NCBI GenBank assembly: GCA_964007735.1
Contig: CAXGAI010000002.1
Location: 1-64,000, forward strand
Length of the DNA stretch: 64,000 nt
DNA from: an uncultured Rhodopirellula sp.
GTDB lineage: Bacteria; Planctomycetota; Planctomycetia; Pirellulales; Pirellulaceae
Reading direction: 5' to 3'
Of the stretch, positions 30,973-40,384 are shown in pieces. How positions within the stretch are numbered: the stretch's first letter is position 1; each line of letters begins with the position of its first letter. A program made the position numbers and the translations under genes. Under the pieces are notes generated by a model. It was not told where the DNA came from. It ran no database searches and was given only the letters and a program-made list of their open reading frames with translations.

Positions 30973-32241
30973 TTAGAACAGGTAGAACAGCGGGAAGAGG
31001 AAGATCCAAACAAGGTCGACAAAGTGCCAGTATAGCCCGGCATTCTCAATGTAATTAGCTCGTGACTTCTCTAACGTCCAGAACATTGGGAAGGCAAACA
31101 GAATCAAACCTACGATCACGTGAAGAGCATGAAAGCCCGTCAGTAAGAAATAGGTCGCGGCGAACATATTCCCACTTGGAATATGCATTGGCAGGATAAC
31201 AGCAGAACCCTGATCATGCAGCGTTACATTCAGGCCACCGTGACTATGGTCATCATGACTATCGTCTTCATCGCCACCTTCAGAATGAAGATGTTCTTCC
31301 AAAAACTTTTGACGCGCCTTCAAGATCGTCTCTTCGTAAGCAAGCATACTGAGAACATCATTGTCTTCACCAGCAGCCGTTACGAAGTCAGGCAGAACTT
31401 TTAAGCGGGCTTCGATATAATCACGCTCGGCTTCATGAGTTTTCGTGGTCAAATCTCCGTAACGTTTTTCAAGAGGATAGACTTCCTGAGCTAACGCTAC
31501 CAGGACTTCTCGATGATTTAATCCATTTCCCTCTGAAGACATTTCCTCATTTGGGACTTGTCCGATCACGTACTCAGCCCATTGTACCGAGTGGTGAAGG
31601 AATCCCTCTAACGTCTCACGTCCCGGATCCGAGGATGTTGGGGCTGCCACTTCCGCATCCGGCACCTGAGCAGCGGCTGCTTCAGCATCCGCACTTTTTG
31701 CTGCCAACGGAATGACCCCTTGAACACCCGTGACGACCGCTTTCAGGTCGCGCAAATAATATACATCCGCCTGTTCATAGAGCAAACTGCGACTACCGGG
31801 CCTGGGGTGAATACCATGCTCAAATTTGCCGGCATATTCCAACATTTTGATTCCCAAAAAGGCACAACCACATAGAAAAGTGATTGCCAAGTAAACCTTT
31901 GCCTTCTTCGCTAGATTTCTCTTGGTAGCTTCATAAGTCAAAACGACCGTAAAACTGGAGAAAATAAGAATAAAGGTATTGATCGTTCCCCAGATCTCGT
32001 CCACATGGACATCATGAGGACGAGGCCAAGTGCCGGCCGGCGCTCCAAATCGCAATACGATATAAGTACCAATCAGACCGGCAAAGAACATAATTTCGGT
32101 CGATAGGAAGAGCCACAAGCATACCTTACCGTTATTAATTGGCAACGCATCTTCATACTCTAACTGAAGGTGGCCATGATGATCGTCATGACCTTGATCA
32201 GATTGGCCATGTTCGTCGTGGTGTTCTTCGTGTTCGCTCAT
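30973..32241 (-). CDS. ctaE: Cytochrome c oxidase subunit III with ~200-aa insertion
   Basis: [43 protein letters not shown]. Likely start is ATG 32241 (track start 32310). Confidence 0.9.
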   Translation of the reverse strand: MSEHEEHHDEHGQSDQGHDDHHGHLQLEYEDALPINNGKVCLWLFLSTEIMFFAGLIGTYIVLRFGAPAGTWPRPHDVHVDEIWGTINTFILIFSSFTVVLTYEATKRNLAKKAKVYLAITFLCGCAFLGIKMLEYAGKFEHGIHPRPGSRSLLYEQADVYYLRDLKAVVTGVQGVIPLAAKSADAEAAAAQVPDAEVAAPTSSDPGRETLEGFLHHSVQWAEYVIGQVPNEEMSSEGNGLNHREVLVALAQEVYPLEKRYGDLTTKTHEAERDYIEARLKVLPDFVTAAGEDNDVLSMLAYEETILKARQKFLEEHLHSEGGDEDDSHDDHSHGGLNVTLHDQGSAVILPMHIPSGNMFAATYFLLTGFHALHVIVGLILFAFPMFWTLEKSRANYIENAGLYWHFVDLVWIFLFPLFYLF

Positions 32242-32319
32242 TTTCAATTTTTTTCGACTGTGAGGTCTTTTGTCATTGGAGCCGACAACTAGCCGAACTC
32301 CTGTCATCATCTTCTATCA

Positions 32320-33228
32320 CTAACCCGCCATCGGCATACTTAACAAAGTAAACAAAACCAAAGGCAAGTAGATTAAGCTAGCCCGCAAAAGTTTGCGAGC
32401 CGTTGTATCATTTGCGTTCATGCAATAACGGATGGCACATAACAACTGAAATACGCCAAGTCCGAAAACAATCACTAACTGGACGCTGCTATCTGGTACC
32501 GAGCCAATCGTTGCCAGACTAACCGGCAATACGGCTAATGCACCAACAACGGCCTCGATTCCCGATCGTCGTTGAGTGGGATCAACTACCGTCCACATCT
32601 TCATACCCGCTTCACTATACTGTTTGCGGTACAAGTAAGCGATTGCCATGAAGTGCGGAAACTGCCAGAAGAACATCACCAAAAAGAGTGCCGCCCACCG
32701 AGCATCCGTCCAACTTCCTTCCACCGCAGCCCAACCCATCAAAATAGGCAACGCTCCGGAAACGGCTCCAACAGCGGTATTCAAAGGAGTTTTGGTCTTC
32801 ATAGGAGTATAAAAGGCGATATAAATAACCCAGGTGAGAATAGACAACCCTGCTGTCAATGGATTCACCATGACTGCCAGATAGCCAGCACCCAATACTA
32901 ATGAAGTAATCACCAGAACCATCACCTGCAGACTGCTAATGCGTCCGGCGGGAAGAGGGCGACTTTTCGTCCGTGGCATCACCCCATCCAGATCACGTTC
33001 CATCCATTGATTCATCGCGCTGGCACTGCCAGCAGTTAACAGCGTGCCGACCAAAGCATGCAAGATGGCTAAGAAATCCGGTTGACCATGACGAGCTACA
33101 ATAGCAGTAATCGCAACACTTACCATAACCATCAGCGAGATACGAGGTTTGGTTAACTCAACATAATCAGAAAAGCGCGCACGAGAAGTCTCAGCCGACT
33201 CATCGTATGTAAGAACACTTGCACTCAT
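32320..33228 (-). CDS. ctaB: Protoheme IX farnesyltransferase (heme O synthase)
   Basis: LTKPRI, NQWMERDLD..M.RT..RPLPAG, YTPMK, WQFPHF. Confidence 0.95.
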   Translation of the reverse strand: MSASVLTYDESAETSRARFSDYVELTKPRISLMVMVSVAITAIVARHGQPDFLAILHALVGTLLTAGSASAMNQWMERDLDGVMPRTKSRPLPAGRISSLQVMVLVITSLVLGAGYLAVMVNPLTAGLSILTWVIYIAFYTPMKTKTPLNTAVGAVSGALPILMGWAAVEGSWTDARWAALFLVMFFWQFPHFMAIAYLYRKQYSEAGMKMWTVVDPTQRRSGIEAVVGALAVLPVSLATIGSVPDSSVQLVIVFGLGVFQLLCAIRYCMNANDTTARKLLRASLIYLPLVLFTLLSMPMAG

Positions 33229-33303
33229 TTGATTAATCTCTTCTTCAACTAACGATTCTTCGATATCTCGCCGGACCAGTTAGTACTAAATTTACTTCGT
33301 CTT

Positions 33304-34359
33304 TTATACTGTCACTTTATCTGATTCGCCGGCTCCTGACTTGACTACAAACCTCAGTCGAAGCAGTCGGGTTACAACGGCAACACAAAAGACTAACAGG
33401 AGTGAGCCCGTTGCCATGTGCGCTGTCGTAATATGGGCCTGCCACCATCCGTATGTTGTCACCAGATGATTAGCTGTTAACTCATTTTCACCCCAACCGA
33501 AGGGATATCCATAGTTCAACACCCACGTACTGGCTCCCAGTCCAACCTGAAGCAGAACCATACCCGTCAACCACTTTCCGGTTCGACGGATACTTGTCGC
33601 CAGTTCTTTGTGTTTCCACAAACTCACTGCTAAGGCAATGACATGAACCGTCACGACCAGTGCCATTACTAAATGGAAAATCACTAGCGTGGAAAAAGTC
33701 TGCGTCGATGCTGTCACGGGGACGTGACGAATCGACGCACCTAAAACCAACTGGACATAAACTAACACGGTCGTGATAGCCGCCAATCGCAACGGTTTAA
33801 CCAGTCGTGACAGATCCTGCCCGTTTTCTGTCTGGCAATCTGCCAGAGGTCCTCTCCAAAACCTGGTATAGGTTGTGGAGTTAAACACTGTCAAACTGAA
33901 AAACAATGGGGCCGTACATCCATGCACCATAGCAAGCAGTACTTCGTTTTCGGTTACCCGAACGCCGCCCAGGATACCCTGAGCACTGACAAGCAATAAT
34001 GCAAACACTACTAGTTTTCGCATCCATGACCGCTGCTCCCATTTGAAAGCCACGACAACAAATGCGATTGATACCATACCAACCACGGAGGCAAAGAGCC
34101 GGTGACCATGTTCAATAAACAAGTCCCACGGCCCAAAAAACCAGCTATACCAAGGATACAAAAACATGTTGTAACCAAAGGTAGTTGGCCAATCCGGTAC
34201 CGCCATACCCGCATCTGTCGTCGTGATAAGTCCACCAACGAAGATGAGCGGGAATGTTAGGCAAGTCACCAACCAAGCAAACCGTTTAGGCCATGGACTC
34301 GAGAGTCCATCTTGGCTGACCGGCTGATCGAATAAATCGACATGCGTAGTCATTGTCAC
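33304..34359 (-). CDS. ctaA: Heme A synthase (COX15/CtaA)
   Basis: GMAVPDWP, FIEHGHR, QGILGG.RV, conserved His in MVHG/IFHL/TAHM; about eight TM helices. Confidence 0.9.
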   Translation of the reverse strand: MTMTTHVDLFDQPVSQDGLSSPWPKRFAWLVTCLTFPLIFVGGLITTTDAGMAVPDWPTTFGYNMFLYPWYSWFFGPWDLFIEHGHRLFASVVGMVSIAFVVVAFKWEQRSWMRKLVVFALLLVSAQGILGGVRVTENEVLLAMVHGCTAPLFFSLTVFNSTTYTRFWRGPLADCQTENGQDLSRLVKPLRLAAITTVLVYVQLVLGASIRHVPVTASTQTFSTLVIFHLVMALVVTVHVIALAVSLWKHKELATSIRRTGKWLTGMVLLQVGLGASTWVLNYGYPFGWGENELTANHLVTTYGWWQAHITTAHMATGSLLLVFCVAVVTRLLRLRFVVKSGAGESDKVTV

Positions 34360-34387
34360 TTACCTTTTCGTGGTAATCCCGAGGCAA

Positions 34388-36187
34388 TTAATGAACCTCC
34401 TCTGACGACGTCACACCATCAGGTGGTGGCTGAGTCTGAGGATAATGATCCGTATCAACTTCGGGAGAACCATATTCGTAGGGGCCGCGATACACAATAG
34501 GTTGCGCATCGAAGTTTCCGTGTCCCACCGGCGGGCTTGGACAAAACCACTCAATCGAGTTACATCGCCATGGATTACGGCCAACCTTCTGACCCTTAAA
34601 AATGCTGTAGAAAAAGTTCGCCGCAAAAATAATTTGGCTGACAACCATACCGATTGCACACCAGGTTATAAAGCGGTTCATTGGTAAAAGATGCTTAAAC
34701 GTCTCGTAGTGATAGGGATCTGCCAATCGACGAGGGAAACCTACCGCACCGAGAATGTGCATCAAATAAAAGGTCCCGTTCATGAAAAGAAAAGTTAGAA
34801 AGAAGTGCCATTTGCCGGCAGTTTCGTTCATTGCCCTTCCAAACATCTTCGGAAACCAGAAGTAAATGGCTCCCATCACGGCCATCGCTGTTCCACAAAA
34901 CAGGACGTAATGGAAATGAGCCACAATATAATATGTGTCATGGATGAAAATATCCACGGGCGTAGCTGCCATAAAAATCCCTGACAAGCCACCGATGACA
35001 AACATCGAGACGAATGACAACGAGAACAACATTGGCGTCGTGAACTCGATTTTTCCACCCCAAATAGTTCCCAGCCAGTTAAAGACTTTCACGGCCGAAG
35101 GCAACGCAATCATCATCGTCGAAACCATAAAGGTCATCCCGAGCATTGGATTCATGCCCGAAACAAACATATGGTGACCCCAAACGATAAAACCTAAACC
35201 CGCGATCCCCGAAATCGAGTAAACCATCGGCTTATACCCAAAAATCGGCTTGCGGGCAAAACAGGACAATATGTCGGAGACCATCCCCATTGCTGGCAGA
35301 ATCATAATGTAAACAGCCGGATGCGAATAGAACCAAAAAAGATGCTGCCACAGCAGTGGCTGCCCACCACCGGTCATCATATCGGCATTGTTAACGATCA
35401 GCCCTTCAGGAACGAAGAACCCTGTACCTAACATTCGGTCAAGGATCTGCATAAAGCCACCTGCCGTCAAAACAGGCAGGGCAAAAGCCTGCAATACTGC
35501 GGTGATGAACATACTCCAAATAGTAAGCGGCAAGCGGAACATTGAAAGCCCAGGGGCTCGCATCTGAATGATCGTTGTCATGTAGTTCACCGACCCCATC
35601 ATGGAGGAAATACCAACGAGGGTAACCCCCATCAACCACCAGGTCTGAGCCATTTGACTACCAGGAGCCGCAGCACGGACGGCCGACAAAGGTGGATAAC
35701 TGGTCCACCCGCCACCAGCACCGTACGGCGGAGTAAGAAAACTGATTCCAATACAAATGAAAGCCGGCCACATGAACCAATAACTCAACATGTTCAATGT
35801 CGGAAATGCCATATCATCAGCACCAATCATCAGAGGAATCAGGTAGTTGCCAAAAGCACCCGCCAAGATTGGAATGATCACAAAGAAAATCATGACCGTG
35901 GCGTGCATGGTAAATAGCGTTGTGTAAAACTCCGGTGAAATCTGGCCACCCTCAGCCGAGAACAAACGTCCTCCGATGATGGGCATATCGCTCCAAGGAT
36001 AAGCCAGTTGCCAGCGAATACCTAAAGCCAATAAACCACCGACGATAAACCAGAGCAGCGTCGTAAACAGAAACTGCAAACCAATCATCTTGTGGTCTTT
36101 AGAGAACACATAGGTTGAGATGAAATGGCTAACGGTCATACCGTTACCATGCCCATGCCCTTGTGATACTGCAGAAGAAGTGTTCAT
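34388..36187 (-). CDS. ctaD: Cytochrome c oxidase subunit I, A2-type heme-copper oxidase
   Basis: DHK, MHAT, ADDMAFP, WFYSHPAVY, WGHHMF, AVKVFNW, VAHFHYV, PRR. Confidence 0.97.
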   Translation of the reverse strand: MNTSSAVSQGHGHGNGMTVSHFISTYVFSKDHKMIGLQFLFTTLLWFIVGGLLALGIRWQLAYPWSDMPIIGGRLFSAEGGQISPEFYTTLFTMHATVMIFFVIIPILAGAFGNYLIPLMIGADDMAFPTLNMLSYWFMWPAFICIGISFLTPPYGAGGGWTSYPPLSAVRAAAPGSQMAQTWWLMGVTLVGISSMMGSVNYMTTIIQMRAPGLSMFRLPLTIWSMFITAVLQAFALPVLTAGGFMQILDRMLGTGFFVPEGLIVNNADMMTGGGQPLLWQHLFWFYSHPAVYIMILPAMGMVSDILSCFARKPIFGYKPMVYSISGIAGLGFIVWGHHMFVSGMNPMLGMTFMVSTMMIALPSAVKVFNWLGTIWGGKIEFTTPMLFSLSFVSMFVIGGLSGIFMAATPVDIFIHDTYYIVAHFHYVLFCGTAMAVMGAIYFWFPKMFGRAMNETAGKWHFFLTFLFMNGTFYLMHILGAVGFPRRLADPYHYETFKHLLPMNRFITWCAIGMVVSQIIFAANFFYSIFKGQKVGRNPWRCNSIEWFCPSPPVGHGNFDAQPIVYRGPYEYGSPEVDTDHYPQTQPPPDGVTSSEEVH

Positions 36188-36201
36188 TGTTTAAGTATTT
36201 C

Positions 36202-37005
36202 CTAGTTGTCGCTTTCTACATTATGGGATGTGCGAGTTTGTTCCTGAACAGCGTTAGCATACCAGGCCTCAAAGTCTTCCTCTGATTCAACAATCAGGCG
36301 ACCCCGCATTTTATAGTGACCCCAACCACAAAGTTCGGCACAGACGATATCGTATAGACCGGTTTTCTTGGTTTGAAACCAAACATGTTGCTGCATACCT
36401 GGGACAAGGTCATGTTTGATACGAACATTCGGGAGAAAGAAGCTATGAAGTACGTCTGCACTCTGAACCCGCAGGACAACCTCGTCATTCACTGGCAAAT
36501 GCAAATCATTCACAACATGTAAATCATCTTCTGTTCCAATCACCTCATCCGGACCAGCATACTGAATTCGCCATTCAAACTGGCGTCCGGTGACCAGGGC
36601 CAGGGGAGGCTTCTTACTACCATCCTCTTTAGTTGGATAAACCATTTTATTGTCAGCCCATGCATCCATCTGGAAGACGGCAATGAAAAGCAACACGGCT
36701 GCTGGCAAAATCGACCATACGATTTCTAATGTATGTGAGCCATGAGTAAACTTCACGGGCTCCGGGTTCTTCTCAGCATCGTACTTCCAGCAGAACCAGA
36801 ACATTAATGCGCCTGTCACGATAAAAATCACACCTGTTAAATACAGGATGAACATGAACAAGTCGTCAATCACCTTACCATGCTGACTGATATCCTCAGG
36901 CAACCAGTGATTATCGAAGACACCTCCGGGCACCACAGCAAAAACAAATACTGCGACTCCCAAAACAGGTACCAACAGGAAAAGTAGGCTCCAAAACCGT
37001 CCCAC
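36202..37005 (-). CDS. ctaC: Cytochrome c oxidase subunit II (CuA), no fused cytochrome c
   Basis: LEIVWS, QFEW, DVLHSF, CAELCGWGHYKM. Confidence 0.96.
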   Translation of the reverse strand: MGRFWSLLFLLVPVLGVAVFVFAVVPGGVFDNHWLPEDISQHGKVIDDLFMFILYLTGVIFIVTGALMFWFCWKYDAEKNPEPVKFTHGSHTLEIVWSILPAAVLLFIAVFQMDAWADNKMVYPTKEDGSKKPPLALVTGRQFEWRIQYAGPDEVIGTEDDLHVVNDLHLPVNDEVVLRVQSADVLHSFFLPNVRIKHDLVPGMQQHVWFQTKKTGLYDIVCAELCGWGHYKMRGRLIVESEEDFEAWYANAVQEQTRTSHNVESDN

Positions 37006-37061
37006 TGTGACTCTCCCAAAAATTTAAATAATGTAACGTTTGTTACGTAACGTGTTAGTTG

Positions 37062-38423
37062 TTATTTATTTGACCCAACGCCCTGAAATACCGGTGCCGT
37101 CTTAGGACGACTCGCTGGTTCATAGGGCAAACTCAAAACATAAGCAACCAATGACCATGCCTCTGCCTTGGTTAACTTAGTATTCGAAGGCATCGGGCTT
37201 CCTTCAATCCCACCTGTAATTCTCTGATAAATATCGATCGGCCGGCGGCCTCCACGATAGTTACCGATACGTAGATTACGAGGTTTAATATTTCTTGGCT
37301 TCACGACACCTATCTGAGCTAAATGTTCACGATAGAAGTAATCAGGGATTCCGGCGGAGACGCCATCTTCACCAGAGCCGGAAGCATCTCCAGGCTCATT
37401 ACCCAAATGTTCGAGCGTCCAGTTGTCAAACAGATTAGTTTGCCCATCGCCTATCGCCGTCCGTCCGTGACAACTATAACAGTTGGCCTTTGACTGATAG
37501 AACAGTTTTCTCCCCAACTCGACACTCTCATTCGAATCCCATTGATCCGGAGCTTCTTCGATAGTCCGCTGAACGGTCCCGGTACCACCATTTGCCCAAG
37601 GCAGCACGATCGGCGTGAGCAAATCCTTAACAAACTGAAGGTCGTCCTCAACTCCATCACCACCAAATCGGACCAGTATCTTCTCAGGATTATCCGGAAT
37701 TTCGTTCGGATCACTTGCCGCCAAATACGCTTCACCGATTAATGCTCGCTCCATCTGCCCACGAATCGATAGATAAATCACATAATCAATCATCGCATCG
37801 CGTTCAGGTTCAGGAAGCACACGAAAACTCGGCATCGCAGTACCAGCAATACCTTCCTGGAGAAGATGTCTGAAGTCAGCTTTGGACGGCTTTTTATAAG
37901 CGCCATCTCCATCGGTAAGCTTGAACTTAAACTGCCCCATTCTGTAGTCGCGAGGATAGGGATTCAAGAACTCTGCGGTCGGACCATGTCCGTCACCAGA
38001 AACACCGTGGCAGTGTGCACAATGCCTACGGTACAAACCACTTTCCAGACCAGTAGCACTGTCCTCTGCGCCCGTATAGGTAACAGGTCCGGCAGCAACG
38101 CTGAGCTTTCGCAGACTAAGGAAACTTTCCAGACCAACACCGCCAGGCAAACTAGGCTCATCCGGAGTCCCAAACAAACCCTCAAGGATTTCACTAATAT
38201 TTTTTTTCTGAGCTTCGGACAACGTTATCGTTTGCTCACTTATTAGTTGAGGCTTGGTCACATCGGCTTTGTACTCGACAGCTCGAATATAAGCCTCATT
38301 CATCTGAAACGAGGCCGGTTCCGAATTGCAACCGATAAGCATAAACATACATGCAACTAACAAAGAAGCCACAGATGCTTTGCCTTGCAAACTTGTCATT
38401 ACTGTTAATCGTTTTAGTTTCAT
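37062..38423 (-). CDS. Diheme cytochrome c lipoprotein
   Basis: Lipobox MLIGC; CAHCH...GTAMP and CYSCH...GSPMP; PYPRDY and KPRNL motifs. Confidence 0.88.
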   Translation of the reverse strand: MKLKRLTVMTSLQGKASVASLLVACMFMLIGCNSEPASFQMNEAYIRAVEYKADVTKPQLISEQTITLSEAQKKNISEILEGLFGTPDEPSLPGGVGLESFLSLRKLSVAAGPVTYTGAEDSATGLESGLYRRHCAHCHGVSGDGHGPTAEFLNPYPRDYRMGQFKFKLTDGDGAYKKPSKADFRHLLQEGIAGTAMPSFRVLPEPERDAMIDYVIYLSIRGQMERALIGEAYLAASDPNEIPDNPEKILVRFGGDGVEDDLQFVKDLLTPIVLPWANGGTGTVQRTIEEAPDQWDSNESVELGRKLFYQSKANCYSCHGRTAIGDGQTNLFDNWTLEHLGNEPGDASGSGEDGVSAGIPDYFYREHLAQIGVVKPRNIKPRNLRIGNYRGGRRPIDIYQRITGGIEGSPMPSNTKLTKAEAWSLVAYVLSLPYEPASRPKTAPVFQGVGSNK

Positions 38424-38473
38424 TCCTGCTATTGCTTTACTTGAAACCGCGGTTAATTATTTTAATTAGTTGA

Positions 38474-39397
38474 CTACAACGCTTTATTAAAGTCGTCAGC
38501 GTTGATGGTAATCTGAAGATCTACATCCTGCCCATCTTCCAGCGTCTGAAGAGTGAACCCTCCACGACTCACAGATACATCTTCTCCGTTGACCTTCATG
38601 GAAAACGATCCTGATGGAATTACTTCATGCCAAAACTTGAATGGCAGTTCGACTCCCGTTGGGACATTCCTGATTTCAAAAGTTCCATCCTCGCCAGTCA
38701 CTGCATACAAGGAGTTATCACGAACGATAATGTAAGAGCCCATCCAGGGGTGAGCACTACATGAAACACCAAATGGCTTTGACTCTTGAAATCCAGGTTT
38801 GTAATCAACAGAGGCTCCTGCACCGATCTGCAAGTTAGCCGATGTCAAACCGTCTAACTTAGCATTGTGCCCGACACTGTCACTGTTAAGAATCTTAAGA
38901 GTCTGCCCAGTACGCATGGCTTTGATCCGCGAGAGAAAAATACAAGACTTTTGGTCAAAGGCCAAATCACCATCTAAAACAGCAGATCCCTGCGTCTGAT
39001 AGTCAGAATGATCCCACTTCTCATTACCTACCTCAAAATCACCATCATAGAACAGAAGCCCCCATTGAAGGCCACCATCATTTACCTGTACGCGCCGATT
39101 GACTTCAGAACTACATACATTAGCATCTTTGTTGACGGCATAGCTCACGAACTTTGTAGTATCAATACTACCTTCGATGGTGACCTTCCCTGTAATATTG
39201 GCAAATCCAGTCGGATCCGGCAATTCAGCCTGAGCAGCACCGTCTCCTGTTGCTTCCAGTTTGAATTTCGAGGCAACTTTACTAACGTTACCTTCATCCG
39301 ACTCGCCAACGCTACTCGGAAGGCCACGCCGGCATCCCAAGACTACAGACATCGCAATTAGCAATGTAAGACCAAAAATTCTGTTTGTAGATTTCAT
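38474..39397 (-). CDS. Lipoprotein with cupredoxin-type ligand set and carboxypeptidase-regulatory-like beta-sandwich
   Basis: Lipobox VLGC (start MKSTNR at 39397; track start 39433); NSDSVGHN...CSAHPWM; DGTFEIRNVP...WHE. Confidence 0.75.
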   Translation of the reverse strand: MKSTNRIFGLTLLIAMSVVLGCRRGLPSSVGESDEGNVSKVASKFKLEATGDGAAQAELPDPTGFANITGKVTIEGSIDTTKFVSYAVNKDANVCSSEVNRRVQVNDGGLQWGLLFYDGDFEVGNEKWDHSDYQTQGSAVLDGDLAFDQKSCIFLSRIKAMRTGQTLKILNSDSVGHNAKLDGLTSANLQIGAGASVDYKPGFQESKPFGVSCSAHPWMGSYIIVRDNSLYAVTGEDGTFEIRNVPTGVELPFKFWHEVIPSGSFSMKVNGEDVSVSRGGFTLQTLEDGQDVDLQITINADDFNKAL

Positions 39398-39441
39398 TTT
39401 CAATTTCCAAGCCTTCAGAACGGTTGTTCCCAAAGCAATGT

Positions 39442-40221
39442 TTACTTGAACTGATCTGCACCAATGACAATGGTTCCAAAGTCATTAGTCTTCCCATCTT
39501 CAATTTTAATTTTCACACGACCACGAGCCCATTCAACGGTCTTCCCATCCTGAGTGACCTGCTGAATATAGCCAGCTTTTTCCTGCCAAATCTGGAACTC
39601 AAATTCACCCACTGGAAGATTCTTGATTTCCAAATTCCCATCTTTGTCACTAACACCGATGTAGGGGTCGTTACGAACAACGATCCAACCGGTCATCCAC
39701 GGATGAATGGAGCAACTTACCTTCGTTGGCAGACGTTCTTCCATGGAATACGACTGGCTGATCTTTGCGCCAGCTGGCAAAATCGGATTGATCACCGGAT
39801 TAAAAAAGGTATCAACCTTAACATTATGCCCCACAGGATCACTGTTCTTGAAATTGATCTTTCGCTTTGTCCAGACTGAAGTCACCCGAGGCTCGAAACG
39901 ACATTTAATATTGTCTACGACGACCGGTGCTTCCAAAGTGTCGTTATAGGAGGGATGAATCTTAGCAGGAGTACGATCACGATAGAATACAATCACGTTC
40001 GCAATGCCTTTGCTTTCAGGGTCTACCACCAGTGACTCATCCACGAGGCCAAATTTACCGCAGATCGCAGCATCACGAGTAACGGCAATCTTTGGCGGGG
40101 CAGCATATTCGCCACCATAGGTAAATTTAAATTTAACGTTACCCCATCCCTGAGCCATGCTTGAGCCGGAAAGTAACACAATAGCCGTAAGGGCTAAAAT
40201 TAAGGTTTTTAAGGTTTTCAT
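39442..40221 (-). CDS. Periplasmic protein with cupredoxin-type ligand set and carboxypeptidase-regulatory-like beta-sandwich
   Basis: Signal peptide SMA|Q (start MKTLK at 40221; track start 40239); NSDPVGHNV...CSIHPWM; DGNLEIKNLP...WQE. Confidence 0.75.
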   Translation of the reverse strand: MKTLKTLILALTAIVLLSGSSMAQGWGNVKFKFTYGGEYAAPPKIAVTRDAAICGKFGLVDESLVVDPESKGIANVIVFYRDRTPAKIHPSYNDTLEAPVVVDNIKCRFEPRVTSVWTKRKINFKNSDPVGHNVKVDTFFNPVINPILPAGAKISQSYSMEERLPTKVSCSIHPWMTGWIVVRNDPYIGVSDKDGNLEIKNLPVGEFEFQIWQEKAGYIQQVTQDGKTVEWARGRVKIKIEDGKTNDFGTIVIGADQFK

Positions 40222-40384
40222 TTTTTTCTCCGATTCCACGGTCTATAAACCAATCTTTGGTAACGCCGCAAATTTAATCTAACTCGTCCTGAGCCAGTAC
40301 CTGCCCCGAGGGGCCGGATTTCCTATTAGGCGGGAGGATGCAAGCGGAATCGTTTTGGCCTGCACCCCGATTAAAGGTATCTTG

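Noticed and set aside
37030..37056. Nested short palindromes (gtaacgtttgttac, gttacgtaac) before coxII
   Set aside because: AT-rich, short, no U-tract or known consensus; cannot be distinguished from chance.
38474..40239. Methylamine utilisation (mau) cluster
   Set aside because: Only an amicyanin-like loop is present; no methylamine dehydrogenase subunits or MauG.
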